The translations under genes and the position numbers were made by a program. This document shows, piece after piece, positions 1 to 13,329 of a stretch of DNA of 64,000 bases. The stretch comes from Lama glama (taxonomy: Eukaryota), in NCBI GenBank assembly GCA_028534125.1, contig CM052817.1, positions 70,682,001 through 70,746,000 on the forward strand, read 5' to 3'. Each line of letters opens with the position of its first letter. Position 1 is the stretch's first letter. Below the pieces are notes generated by a model that worked only from the letters and a program-made list of their open reading frames with translations, was not told the origin of the DNA and did not search any database.

Positions 1-889
1 CAAAGTGACATGGTCCACTTCTTCTCAAGTGCATCTGAACAAGTACAAATGAAAGCCACACGCCTCCATGTGCAGTTGTCTGATGGTATTTGCTTGTGGT
101 TTTCTCTTGCATTTTTTTCTCACTGAGTAATACAGAATTACACCACACACACAACTTTAGTCCTCCAAATTCCTAAGAGAATTATACCTCCTTTATGTTC
201 ACATGCAACTCCAAAGGGGAGTTATGAGGAGGACTTTAAAACTCTAAAACTTTCATGCAAAAGAAAATGCCTTTGGTTATGGAAGGGGTACCTTTCACTT
301 AATATAATGGTTCCACTATTTCATTATCCTGATATACTTATGGAGCTATTTAGGGCAAAGAGAAGGCCAATATATTTTTATAAAGTGTACAAAATTGAAC
401 CCTGAGAAGGTTTTTTAAAAACTAGCTTTTATAATTTGTATTAAATTATCTATTAGTGGAGGAACATTATTGCATTAGCAAGTGGTGTTACACAGAACCA
501 CCACGAACTACTTTCTATAGCTGTCTTGATTGTTAAAAATCAAATCTAAACTTTGAACCCTACAAATAACTTGTTACAAAATAAAGTAACATATCATAGG
601 TATGACCCTGGGCTAAGGCTATCTGTTTATTTTCATCAAAGATTAAATATATATGAATAAACTACTATAATGAAGGGAAACAAAGGTATCCAAACCCTCC
701 AAACCATGTGGATATGAGACATTGACATCAATAAATGTTCAGTAAAATCTCAGAGCTTAGAAACCTCAGACCTGTTTTACTTGGCATTACTGATGACACA
801 TGGTATTACTGACTGGCATTTAGAATTATGAAAAGCTGATAATTTTCTCTCCTTTTCAGCTTCCCTTTCCTTAAGATTTTGTGTGTACT

Positions 890-1800
890 ATATGCAACTC
901 AACAAGATTTGTTGAAATTCTGCTACAGACAAGGAACTAAGTTAGGTGTTGTGGAGGATACTAAAGATTAAAGAAAGCATAGATCCCACTCTTGAAGGTC
1001 ATGAAAGCTAGTAGTAAAGAGAGAAAGGATGTTTATAAATAGCTATGATACAATAGAAAGAGGAAAAGGGAGGGAGGAAATTAATGTTTACTGAGTGCCT
1101 GACACATACTAGACACCGTATTAGAAGTTATACATGTATTATCTCATTTTAATCCTCACACCATCTGTTGAAATAAGACATTATTATCTTTGCTTTTACA
1201 GATGGGGAAAATGAGACTCAGAGTGATTGAGTAACTTGCCCAGGATCACAAAGCTTGTAAGTGGAACAGCTAGAATTTGACTTACAGTCTGTCTGGCTTT
1301 GCTGTCTATGCCCCCTCTATTTTAAGTGTAAAGTAATACAAAAAGCTGTACAGATAAAGTGCTGTGGGGATACAGCAACAGCGAGAAATTACACTCAGCT
1401 CAGGGAGACTAATGGCATCCTGATGGAAGAAGCAACGTGTAAGTATGAAGGGCTATTATATTTGGATGTGTGGAAACTGAGCATGACTAGGGGCTAGGCA
1501 GGAAGCAGTTCTGGAGAAAAGAGTAGTTTAAGAAAAGACAAATGAAGAAAAACAGATTTGAAGAGAAAAAAGATTAACTGGTTTGATTCAGTTTGGATGA
1601 AACACTGTGTCCAGAAAGAACATTAATAAAAAATTGGTGGGAGATAGTGCTACAAAAACAGACCAAATCAAAGGATTTGAATGTCAGGCAAGGAGCTAGA
1701 TTTTATTTCCCTCTAAATGGTAATCATATTGAGGTTCAAAGTTTGGAGGGGTCAGAAGAATGACAATCAGAACCATGATAGAAAAACTTTACCTGGAAGA
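890..1800 (-). mobile_element. Degraded L2 fragment, interrupted by a MIR
   Basis: Purine-rich sequence resembling the reverse complement of an L2 3' region; boundaries approximate. Confidence 0.5.
1078..1300 (-). mobile_element. MIR SINE
   Basis: ttttacagatggggaaaatgagactcagag...gtaacttgcccaggatcaca is the reverse complement of the MIR core. Confidence 0.85.
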
Positions 1801-3761
1801 CATAGATAGGTTGATACTGGTTGATGCTACATTCAATCCCAACCCTTGACATCTCCATTATAGAGACAGGAAAAAGCTAAATGTTCACTTTCCTGACTCA
1901 GCTCCTCTACAGCAGTGACTGGCCAGGCAACAGGCAAGTCTTCCACGGTGTGAAGAACAGCAATGGGAAGTCAGAGTCAAAAGAAAGAAACGTGGAGTCC
2001 TTTCAAGTAGGCAATGGGCTAGAAGCATCTAATTGTTCTGTCAGTCAGTAGCAAGGCTGCACAGAGCATGCACACCATGACTCTAATACTGGACAGTAGA
2101 GTGCAAAGAGAAAAAGAGGACCTGGGATGAAGACATTAATGCAGAAAGGGAATGGAGGCTTGGGGAGCCAGGAAAGGACTCAGTCACCAGAACAAGGGTG
2201 CCTGGATCTGGGCAGAAACCCAATGACTGGAACTAAGGCACTGTGCCAGGACCACACTTAGAGCAGTGGCATTGAGGCTGGGTCACCTGCATGTGAGAAA
2301 AAGTGATCCTTAAATGCCTCATGTCTGAGGTCCCAACAGAACCTGAGGGGTAAGCAGATGTGCAGACGCAGAGCAGGGCTTGCAGGAGGCTTAAAGTCAC
2401 CCTCAGAATGGTGGGCCTGCAACTGTACTTTACTACCAATATGAAAACTATTAAAAGAGCAGAGACTGAGTCTGTCTTGTTCACCACAATTTTACAACCT
2501 TATTGTTGTGTCTTGTACCTAAGAGGGGCAAAATAGATACTTGAGTTATTAGACTGAATTATGTTAATATGAATTAATGAAAAAAATATCAGGGTGACTT
2601 TCATTTTAATAGATTAATTTTGCCCCATCCCCCTGAATAATTCTCATTACCTCTAGGTTGAAATACAAATGCTCATCTGTGTTTTTTCTAATTCTTTCTT
2701 CTTTCTTCTTTCTTTCTTGTTGTCTCCCGTTATTTTTTCTCTTTTTACTCAACCATTTTTTCAGATCTCTGTGATATTATTCACTCTAATGCATCCTGTT
2801 TCTTCTCTAAGAATTTGATTTCCTTCGACTGGTGGATTCACAGCAATATCCTCTCCATTCATTCCCCTGCCTCTTTTCCCATCTTAACCACAGATGCCAG
2901 CATTGCCTTTTTTCTTTCTAATACCCTTTCACCACTGCATTTCCCTTATCAAGAACCATTTTCTCACCAATTTAGGTAAGGGCTTAGATTTACCTCTCTT
3001 CCCTAAGGCCTATTTTCATAGTTAATTTCATAGCATCGCTGCAACAAGGTTCACTTTCCAGTTTTTGCAATTATTTTTTTAAACAATCTAAGTCAAATCC
3101 ATCTAAGCCATCTTCAGCTTTAGAAAGATGGTCAGAACTCCTTGATTATTAGACATTTTCCCCTTTTACCACTGGTCTGCAAAATAACATCCTATTAATC
3201 TGGAATCCTATTAATCTACCTATCCTTCCTGAATCCATTGTTTTCCTTTTGTGTGACATGAGGAAGGCGTTTTGAAAGAAATGATCCTGTGACTTGGGTA
3301 TCCATTAAAGGCAAACTCGTAGCCAAAATGACGGAATACCAGAGCAGGTCACCTTTTGGAAATGACAGTCCTATCCCTCTTGAAAGTTTCCAAAACGTTC
3401 AAGTATAGGCAGTTGAGCAGACGATTTCTCTGAAGAGCCATAGTAAATATAAGACCTGACGTGAAGGTACTCTGAAGTGCCATGATACATTTTCAAATCT
3501 TAGCTGCAGTGATTCATCTACAATGTTCCCAGTTCTGACCACTCTGGGCTTCCTCTGCTGGTTTGTTGTCTTTCTTCTGCTCATTCACTGTGGCTGTGTA
3601 CTCAAGACTTACTATGATCATGTTCTTCTTTTTACAGTTATCCTCTTCAATATCTCATTAACGAATGTACTTGTAAAGCATTTTGTCCAGTTTTCCAAGT
3701 CTTTATATCCATATCTGAATTTTCCACTAGGTTTTATCTATAGGACACTTGCACTTGGATG

Positions 3762-4000
3762 TTGTAGTAGATATACATGCCAACCCACACCACTGCCTCC
3801 TTCCAAGACAGTGCTAGAATATGGGTCGCAGATGTTCCTATGGCTTCCTGCATTCCTCAAGCAGCTGGAGCGTGCCGTACCTTCTGGGGCAAGCCAGAAG
3901 TGCCAGGGAGTCCACACTCAGGCATGACTCTCAACAATGTAGAGTGGGAAATCAGTGCATAAATGCATCAATTTCCGTGCCTCTCAGTGGGGAAATTGAG
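3762..4000. mobile_element. ERVL-type LTR fragment (MER21/MER77/MER68-like)
   Basis: aagccagaagtgccagggagt...ctctcaacaatg...gtgggaaatcagtgcataaat resembles the recalled consensus of these LTRs. Confidence 0.5.
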
Positions 4001-5383
4001 GCATGCTCTATGCTGTCTCTTGTGGGTCCCTCATATGTTCCACATATACAGGTTCTCATAGGTTCTGTGTATATAGATATATATACACATAAATACAGAA
4101 TAAGAAGAGATTTATAAATATATCCTATATATCTAGATCTAGATCTAGGATAATAATATTTCCATGGCTGTTGTAAGCATTAAATACAGTAAAGCATGCA
4201 AAGCACCTTTTACTTTCATTCTTCTCATTATAATACAGCAGTTTGAAATTTAGGGACTAGGTTATAACTTTTTCCTCTCCAATTATTACCTTGAGGCAAC
4301 TTAGACTCTAAGAGTGAAAATTATAAATAATGAGAGTATTCTCTGACATGAATATAAATTAACTACTTGTGAAGCTATTTCTCTTGAGTAGCATGAAGAG
4401 GACTGCTCTGCTGAAGAAAGTAGAGGTTTCTGTTTGTTCCGTTAAACTTCCTTATATTCAGAGCTCATAAAAACTATAAATACTACTATCATGGTCTAGT
4501 ATGAGAATTAGCATGCAATAGACAATTTGGAATATTGACTAACAAGGAGATCATGAAAATCATTTATTTACAAGACAATCTGGGACAGAAACAGCATTCA
4601 GCATACCGAGGGAAAGAGATACAAGGGGCACTCAATAAATCATTATGTTATTTATAGGCATTATAGTGTTAAAGGTAAAACATTAACAACAGTGTTTCCT
4701 TCTCTCTAGCTTCCTACTGACTACAATAGGTATTAATATTGAGTTTCTTAGTTTTTACCGAATCTCCACTTTTGACAACTCCCTTCTTTTGTACTTTCAG
4801 CTCGATACACATTCCTCCCCTTCTTGTATTTCCTCATTTTCTTCAATATGACTTAGGGCTCGAAAGATTGTCCACTGACTGCTTTCACATTTAATTATAA
4901 ATCATGTCTTCAGCCGTTAGTTCATACTGAAAATGTAGAGTGGATTCAATATCTGTCTATAATGAACCACAAGTAGCTGGTAGGACCACAATCTAAATAA
5001 TCAGTCTGTGTGGATTTACAACAACATGACTAGTACAAGATTAATCAGTGCCTAACGCAAACCAGTTCATACTTGACGTCTACTGCTAAGCCATTTTATC
5101 TTACATTAAAGTCCTGTGGCACTGTTTCAGATCAGTTAAGAGTTTTATTTTATATGACAGTACATTGTCACACTTGCCACCTGGTCCAACAGCTGACGTG
5201 GCTCACAAAACCCTGAAGAGGCCCCAGAGCTTTACTCATGGGGAAGATTTGGTCTCCTGTGTGGTGTCATGATTACTGGTTCATTAGCTTTTTTATATCC
5301 TTTGAAAAAAAAATTACAGTAAAACCTCCACACTGAGAAAATCCTAAATTGGAACTAATCTGTTAAGAAAAGAGTTCACTTAC

Positions 5384-5401
5384 CTGCAGACCGGGCTGAC
5401 C
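5384..5401 (-). CDS. COL25A1: COL25A1 18-nt exon (phase 0-0), encodes GQPGLQ
   Basis: Minus strand: T-rich tract ending ...ttttaatttcag|GGTCAGCCCGGTCTGCAG|gtaagt. Continues the Gly-X-Y frame from the 8-nt exon. Confidence 0.92.
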
Positions 5402-6529
5402 CTGAAATTAAAAAAAAAGAGAAAAGGAAAACAATTACAAAATTGTTTTCTTAAGTGAATATTTTCATTCCCAAAACTTAAACTAGTTCTGAATATCTTT
5501 TCAAAATATTTCTGAAGATAATAATACCTAACTACTGACAAACTTCACTTTGTGTTTTTTTTGAAAAATTATACTGTATCTTAATATTTTTACTCTTATC
5601 CTATTTTTTGAAAATCTTGACACTAGGATCTGTTATATGTAACTCCAAAATGACTCAAGGGTTTTAGTATGTTCTGGAATTAAAATGGAGAAGGAGAAGG
5701 CTAAAGGTGAAATACACTTCACATTATCATGATGAGTGGGTTACATCATCTGTGCTATAGCACAGATTATTATTATGAGCTACATATTCAGAGATGGCAC
5801 AGAGTTAAGAAAAAAAGAGGCAGATATTTTAGTTTTAGAATTCAGTAGCTCTTTGAATTTCTCACTATTTCAATAGTATTTTATTGATTTTTAAAAATAA
5901 ACATATATCTTGTACTCTACAGAATTCAACCTAAGGGCATTTCCAAAGGATATAAGAGGTCTTCGGCTCAATTACAGTGCATCATAACTCCTCACACAAT
6001 CAATAGATTACGTAACCTCTGGTCAATCTGATTCATTTTAAATGTCACTTTCTTGTTGCTTAAACTGATAAAAATTTCAAAGCAGCAGTAATTGCAAATG
6101 CTTCTCACAAATGCAAATCACCTGTGAATAAAACTATTGATTACGTATCACCTTCTTAAAATCTCCAATTGGGTTTTGTGTAAGATGAGATGAAAGAAAA
6201 AGTTCACACTGAGTTAGAGAATCTTAAAAAATAAATAACGTATAATCACACTGTATCAGCTGCATGCTTACTGGGTATTACATGAAAGAATGGCGCTAAT
6301 ACAGCTCCCAAAGAAGACCTCTCTCTTTCTCTCTCAGCCCCTCTCCAGGCTTGGAATTTCTCTAGGTACTTGTTCTCTGACTGGGGAGAGAACAAATGAT
6401 TTTCAAGAGCTTTGTATGAAAATGTGGGTGGCTTGGTTTTATCTAGTCAAACCAGGATTACACACCCAACTCCTGTACTCTTAAGTGATGGGGAGGGAGA
6501 AAGAGAATACCATTCATTAATTTCTTACT

Positions 6530-6720
6530 GCATTCCAGGAAGTTTTAGATACATTCCTCCATTTATTCCTTATACCTACTCTGCATTTTATAAGTGAAAT
6601 AACTGAGGCTCATAGAAATAAGCTAAAAATCACACAGTCTATGGATAGAAAAGCCAGAATTTAAACCCAAAACTGATTCCAAAGTTCATGCATTTTCCAC
6701 CAGGTTATTCTGCCTTTCAC
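6530..6720 (-). mobile_element. MIR SINE
   Basis: attttataagtgaaataactgaggctcataga...cacacagtct...gccagaatttaaacccaa. Confidence 0.65.
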
Positions 6721-6784
6721 TCTGGAAGTTTAAGCTCACAGCTATATGCATACTCGCTCAGATCAACAACGGTAGCAGAGCACT

Positions 6785-7155
6785 CTTATTTTTTTTAAAA
6801 AATGAAGTATAGTTGATTTACAATGTTGTGTTTGTTTCTATTGTACAGCATAGTGATTCAGTTATATATATTTATATTCTTTTTCATACTCTTTTCCATT
6901 ATAAATTATTACAAGTTATTGAATATAGTTCCCGGTGCTCTATAGTAGGACCTTGTTGTTTATCTCTTTTATATATAGTAGTGTGCATCTGCTAATCCCA
7001 AACTCCCAATTTATCCTTCCATTCTCTTTACCCTTTGGTAACCATAAGTTTGCTTTCTATGTCTGTGAGTCTCTTTCTGTTTTATAAATAAGTTCATTAG
7101 TGTCACTTTTTAGATCCCATGTATAAGTGGTATCATATGATATCTGTCTCTGTCT
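6785..7155 (-). mobile_element. 5'-truncated L1 3' end (laurasiatherian/artiodactyl type) with 13-bp TSD
   Basis: T-rich tail then gtatagttgatttacaatgttgtg...gtgattcagttatat...tttggtaaccataagtttg. TSD gtagcagagcact at 6772-6784 and 7156-7168. Confidence 0.9.
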
Positions 7156-10100
7156 GTAGCAGAGCACTTTTCATGTGAGTCGACACTAAACTTCCCAACC
7201 ACTCCCAAGCTTCAACAGTGTGAATCTCTGCTTCTAGATGCAGACCTAGGACCAGCAGGCGTCCAGCCTCTTAACTGATACCTGTATAGAAACCAGGTCA
7301 GCAAAGATTCTAGAGGGTAACAGACAGCCCTGACATCAGCCCTAACCATGGAGAGCCTCAAAGTACAGGGCTGTTCACCTATATGTAAATCTGGATCTTC
7401 CCAGATCCACATAATGGATGAAATTACAGTGTGTACTCACTCTCACTTGCATTTTCACTCTGTCTCTGGATGCTTTAAGCTTCTCTTTCTGAAGTTTTAA
7501 ACTAACACATACTCAGGAATGCAAACATACATCTTTCATAGAAACTCAAAATACATCTCCTATATACTTTTTTTTGGTGGAAACTAAAATGTAGAATTCT
7601 CTAAGATCAGAAAGAATTTCTTCAAAAGAATATATTTGAGCATCATTGCTAAGACATTTTGATTCCTATGGTTGCTTTACAAATTACAGGCTTTTTCTGT
7701 TTATCTTCAATATGTGGCATTTCTGCCATTACACTGAACAAATGATTTTAGCACAATGTGTGTATAAATTTGTATGTTATCATATACCAATATACATTGC
7801 ACTATGAATTTTATGTTAGTGATAGTGTGAACAAATAGTAAATAATGGTAAGATTAAAAAGTCGACTTTTACGTTGGCATTGGAAAGTATATAGTATCAA
7901 GGACTCAGATTACCCTAACCTGTGGTATGAATTTCAGATGTGCATGATGTGTGCGCAGGCAGGTGCGTATGTGTAGGGTGAGGAACGTGAAAAAGAGAGA
8001 TGGAAGTAGGTTGGTAGAGAGGCTTCCCAGAAAACGATGCATACAACATGACAAGTTTGGTAACTCTCCTTAAAACGTAGATTACACAATGGAAACCTTA
8101 CAAATCTTACACAAGATTCCAGGATTGCTGACCCCAAGTCTCCTCACTCAGTGTGATGTAACAAACTATTCACTAGCAGACCCCTAGAATACCTGTAAGA
8201 AAACAGTCTAGCAGCTGCTGCCTTGTACTTCTGGAAACAGAGCCATCTGCCAAGTAGGAGAAATGATCAAAGGAGAGGTTTCCGTGGGCATGGCAGAGTC
8301 AGCTTCCCTGACAGGAGTACAGAGCATAGAAGGCGAGGAGAAGAGAGCCCAAGAAGAGCATCTCAGGAACTCCCTGGTGAGCGAGGGCACTGTGTGAGGA
8401 AGACCTCCCCACAGACAAATCACCTAAAGAAGTATCTCAGAATTGCTCTAAGTTGTCTCTGAATAGTTCATTGTGAAAAATAAGTATTTTCATTCATTAA
8501 TGGATATTTTTCAAATCTATTCTAATGTATACATAGTGAACATTATTAGTAGTCAAAAGGAAGACCTAATTTCTTTGGGTTTTCTAAAATACATTCTAAA
8601 TTAGTAGTAATAAATTATGAGTAAGGTTCACAAAATACAGCTCAAGTTGAATTTTTAAAAATGGAATTTTTGAAAAGGAACTTTTCCCCAAGCAGATCAC
8701 CAAAACATTTCTATAAATAAAAACCTGAGTCTAGTACAATCAGGAGCCATACCAAGGAAAATAATGAAATCACAGAAACAGTGAAGTTTGGAACATATAT
8801 GTAAAGATGGAGAAGGCTGAATACTCCGAGTTGCTGATTTACTGTAGTCAACAGCTCGATGCAATGCCCTCCAGGCAGCGAAGGCACCAGCGTGAAGAAA
8901 AAGAAACAGCAGGAGGAGCTGACTTTAAAACGTGGTAATCAGAACAGTGTGGTGGAAAACAATCAGCCAGTAGCTGATGCTTGACAGCGAAGTGTTCAAA
9001 GAAAGCTGAAAGTTTCGTGAGGCAAGTAAACCACAATGCAACATGATAAATGAGATGACATGGCACTGGAGTGTGTATTGTTCCTTGAGGCAACTGAAGA
9101 GCAATGTGAGCCATTCTTTGTTAAGTTGTTATCGCAAGTATGGTTGCCAGAAAGTACCAACACTCTTCTCTAAATCGACAAAGTCATTTAGATTTCTGAC
9201 TGAGGCAATTAGTTTCACTACATGATACTTTTTTATGGCTGGTAATTCTGTGTCATTCCCTGTCAGATGGGACAAATGCTGCTTTTCTATGAGCACATGC
9301 ACAGAAACGCATGCAAAATTTGTACTTTTAAAATACGGCCTTACTTTGAAATACTGATTAGGATAGCAGATCCACATATATCTTTATGGCGATAAATAGT
9401 AAATAAAATCACTTTCATTTTCAAAAACTTGAGGGAATATTAGTATTGTTTATGCAACTCTAAAAGGTGCTACCTCTGCTTCGAGGTAATTGGAAAGAAA
9501 TCACTTCAATAACTTAGAAACTCATCATTAAGAAACCCAAGCTTGATCACCACTTGTAGTACCCTCAAATTCAGATTCATTTCACTGTCTTGAATTGAAA
9601 AAATAAAACTTCAATAAATAATTTCTATGCTGTGCATTTTAGAACACTTAACAATCTAAAAAGATCATTTGAAGATGATCACTGTAACTTCATTGTCTCT
9701 TGAAAACTCTCCAGTCCACACATGTGGATGTCAAGCTTATTTTCCTCTTCAGGAGAAAATAGCACCTGAAGCAAGCATCCAGGTAGCGCTTTAGAGCAGC
9801 ATCACAGGAATGTGAGTGGGGGCAGGACTGTTCTGCTGGCAGAGGTTCTGAGGACCCACAGGAATCCTATTATAGAGCCATCTCAATGGGTTCCCCTAAC
9901 CTTTCAAGAGTTGCAGTTTGACCTCAAGTCTGTGTGATTAAGTAGAACGGATGCAGTCTCCGTTTGCAGCACCAGGAAGCAGGACTCTTGCTCATCCTCC
10001 CTACACTGTGAATCTATTCACGTTTAACTCCCAATATCCCAGTGCCCAAGTTATAACGTGTTTCAGAAATAGTAGCTGAATTGCTGAAAGGTGAGAATAT

Positions 10101-11609
10101 TTTGACTGGTCCAATTAGAGAACCATTAGAAAGTTGACCACCTTTACATTACAGGGTAATATTTTTAAAATGTAGCTTCTCAGTCTAACCCAGAACAAGT
10201 TCTATTGGCTTCTATTCACGGCAGAATAAACACATCTACGTCAAAGAGGAAGTCTCCTCCCTCAATGGAATCTTCTTCAGATAATAGAGTGGAACCAAGG
10301 CAGAAGCTTGCAGAGGTGTCAGAGGAGGATTCAGATACCCATATGCATGCCTCAGAACAAAAAGCATGCGAGTGCTATCCTGAAGAAAAACCACTCCCTA
10401 GTTTGATTAAGCCTCCATACCTACTTAATGTGAGAATATTATATCAAATTGCCTTGTAAATTATAAAATGCTATACAATTTGAGCATGGCAATTTTAAAG
10501 TAGGCTATAAAACCAACACCAACAATTCATTTAACTAATTCAAATTTAGATAAAAGTGTCTATTAATTTTAAAAACAAATTAATATGTAAATGATAAAGT
10601 ACAGAGAAAAGCAATTGAATAAACAAAGCATTACAGATTATGTGTATTAATTTAAAAATGGCTTTGCAAAGACTGCATAATCTCTCAGTGTCTACAGCTG
10701 CTCATTGCTTCCAAGGATTCTTACACACTTGGCTGAAATAAATGTTATTCATAATTTATATTGCCTGTTGTGTCACCCTATAGGATAGATATTAATAATT
10801 CTTACCTTAGCCACAGTCACATAATATAACTCAGTTAAGAGTATTTCAATTTAAGGTTTTCTTTTGAAAAATATTTAATCCTCAGTAGTTTTAATTCTGG
10901 GGAGGAAAAGTCATACTCTTCTTGAGAGGAAAATAAATAGTTACAGTCTCAAGCATGATGAATGTCTTCTTGTTTTTTAATTATTTGAAAGAGAAAGAGA
11001 GCAAGAACACAGAGATGGTTTTGCTGGGCTCAATGTAAAGAAAACAAAAATTCATTCAAAACTTGGAAGATTTCTTTCATGATATTTGCCTTTCATAAAT
11101 AAATAACATGATGTATTTAGAGATTTACTCATATTTAAACAGATTAACAGTTATCATTCCCACAATAACTTTAAAATGTTATTATATTTTCTAATACAAT
11201 ATTATATTTATCTTTTCTTTCTTATGATTAAATGTTCATAACGGGTACGTAAAAAATAGTTTTATTATGTGCATTTTTGTCATTAAATTTTCACATACAG
11301 CGCATAAGAAAGATAAAGACTCTATACATTAATTTACATCATTAAAATGTATTGGATGCCTAATAGTCCGCTGAGGGTGATTCAGATATTTGCTATTCTA
11401 AACAATGTTTACAGCTTTCTATGTAAATATTTGACTATATCTGCTTATTTCCTATTGATATAACACTGAAAATGCAGTGCAATTCCAATTATAAACTTCA
11501 TCTATTTTATTTATATCACGGTATATAAAACAGAGTATTTATTTTCTAGGATCTAATTCTACATGTGTATATGTATGCATTTAATTAGATATATATTTGT
11601 AAATCTATA

Positions 11610-11685
11610 GGAAGAGAGAAGAAAGAAGAAAAGAAAGGAAGAAGGGAGGGAGGAAGGGAAAGGGAAGGAAGAGAGAGAAGAGGAT
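11610..11685 (+). repeat. GA-rich low-complexity tract
   Basis: ggaagagagaagaaaagaagaaaagaaaggaagaagggaggg... Confidence 0.85.
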
Positions 11686-12929
11686 AAAATTAGTACACGA
11701 AAACAGTGGTTATCTCTGGGTGGTGGAATTGTGAGCTATTATATCTATCTTTAGAATTTTCCATACTCCACAAAATTTTATTAGGTCCACATCTTGATTA
11801 AAAAAATACTTAGTATGATTCCTGAATGCACTGCAGAAAACTTCTGAGCAGAACCTTAATTAAGTCTTAAACTTTTTCCATACTAGATTCATTCACGCAG
11901 AGATCTAGGTCAGTGATTTAGAATTCCATTTTCCAAATTTCTCCCAATTCAGGGTGTTTTTAATTACTTGGAAGAATGTTGAACAATTCTTAAAACTATT
12001 CTTTGAAATTCAATAAGTAAAGGTTTTAATTTACCTTCTGTGTATGCCCCACATCATTTCTAGGAATAGATTCGGGCAGAGACAGAGGCAGAAGAGTTCT
12101 AGAGTCAAGTACTGAGTATAGGAAGTCATGGCTCCACATGGACCAGGGATCCCTGTTCAGTAGAGCTTGTTGGAAACTTTGCTGTTTTTGCAGGCTGAAA
12201 TATTTGGGTTTGGGGATTTAGCTGTATTATTCTACAGAGTCATTTAAAGAACTTACACTTTTGGATATAAATATGTATCAGACTTCTAAAATATACCTCA
12301 TATCCAAGTCTTTTCACCAGCTGGCATGGAATCAGCACGGTGTAAATAAATGACAAGTTTACAAACATGTGTTTAATAGGATACAATAAATACATGGAAT
12401 ACATGTGAATAGAGACACCTGCTCAACTTCCACTGTTTTGAAAACACATACATGTCTTTTAAAGAATGCAAAGGCAATTTTTATTGCCCAGCCAATTTTT
12501 CTTAAATTGTATACAATGAATAATTTGTTTTCTGCCATATTTATTAACATCTTTGAAAGAGAGCTATTTTGATTGCACCAGATAAATAGTGGAAGCCAAT
12601 TGCAAATATCTCTGAGTCTGATTAAATTTGTATAAGTGCCCGATTCCAATTTTCTAAATATCGTGCAAAAAGATAAACTTGACAGTATTCTCTGCAGTTG
12701 TATTAGACGTTTGCATTAATAAATGCGTGCCAACAGAGTCAATTAATTGATCATGCACGAGTTACATATTGCTTTTGCTCTGGTGAGATAGAACACTAAA
12801 AGTGAAAACCTACTTCAAAATTGGGGAGGAGAAGCTCTGCAAGCCGGGAGGCTGATGTGCTTTAGGGACCAAGATGTTTGGGGCTGTGTCATAGCAACTA
12901 TCCCTTACTGACCACCACAAGACACCAAG

Positions 12930-13100
12930 AGCTTTACAAATGACATCTCCGTTACAATAACGCTACAAATTAGGGGCCATTTCCATCATTTTGTAGTTGA
13001 GCAAACCAAGTTTCAGGGAGGTGAGGTAATGTTCCCAGTCACACAGTTTCTAAAATGTGAAGCTGGAATATGGACATGAGGTTGTCTGTCTTGAACACTT
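12930..13100 (-). mobile_element. MIR SINE
   Basis: cattttgtagttgagcaaaccaagtttcagggaggtgaggtaatgttcccagtcacacag. Confidence 0.6.
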
Positions 13101-13329
13101 TTTTGCTCTCACTTGTATCACACTGGTGTTTGAAATCATGGTGAGATTATCCAAGAGAAGCAAATAGCAATCATTCTTAACCTTCTTCTGAATTGGTTAA
13201 AAGCTGTAGCTGCTCTAGCTAGAGACATCTATATATCAAACAATATTTTGCACACACACAAAAAACCCCTCAAGTCCATCTGTGGGTTCTCTAGCAAATC
13301 ATCCATCCCAGCTAAGAACCCCTGGGTAG

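Noticed and set aside
5355..5383. 3'-splice-like ctcttttcttaacag 24 nt after the donor of the 18-nt exon
   Set aside because: Too close to form an intron, and no downstream exon is evident.
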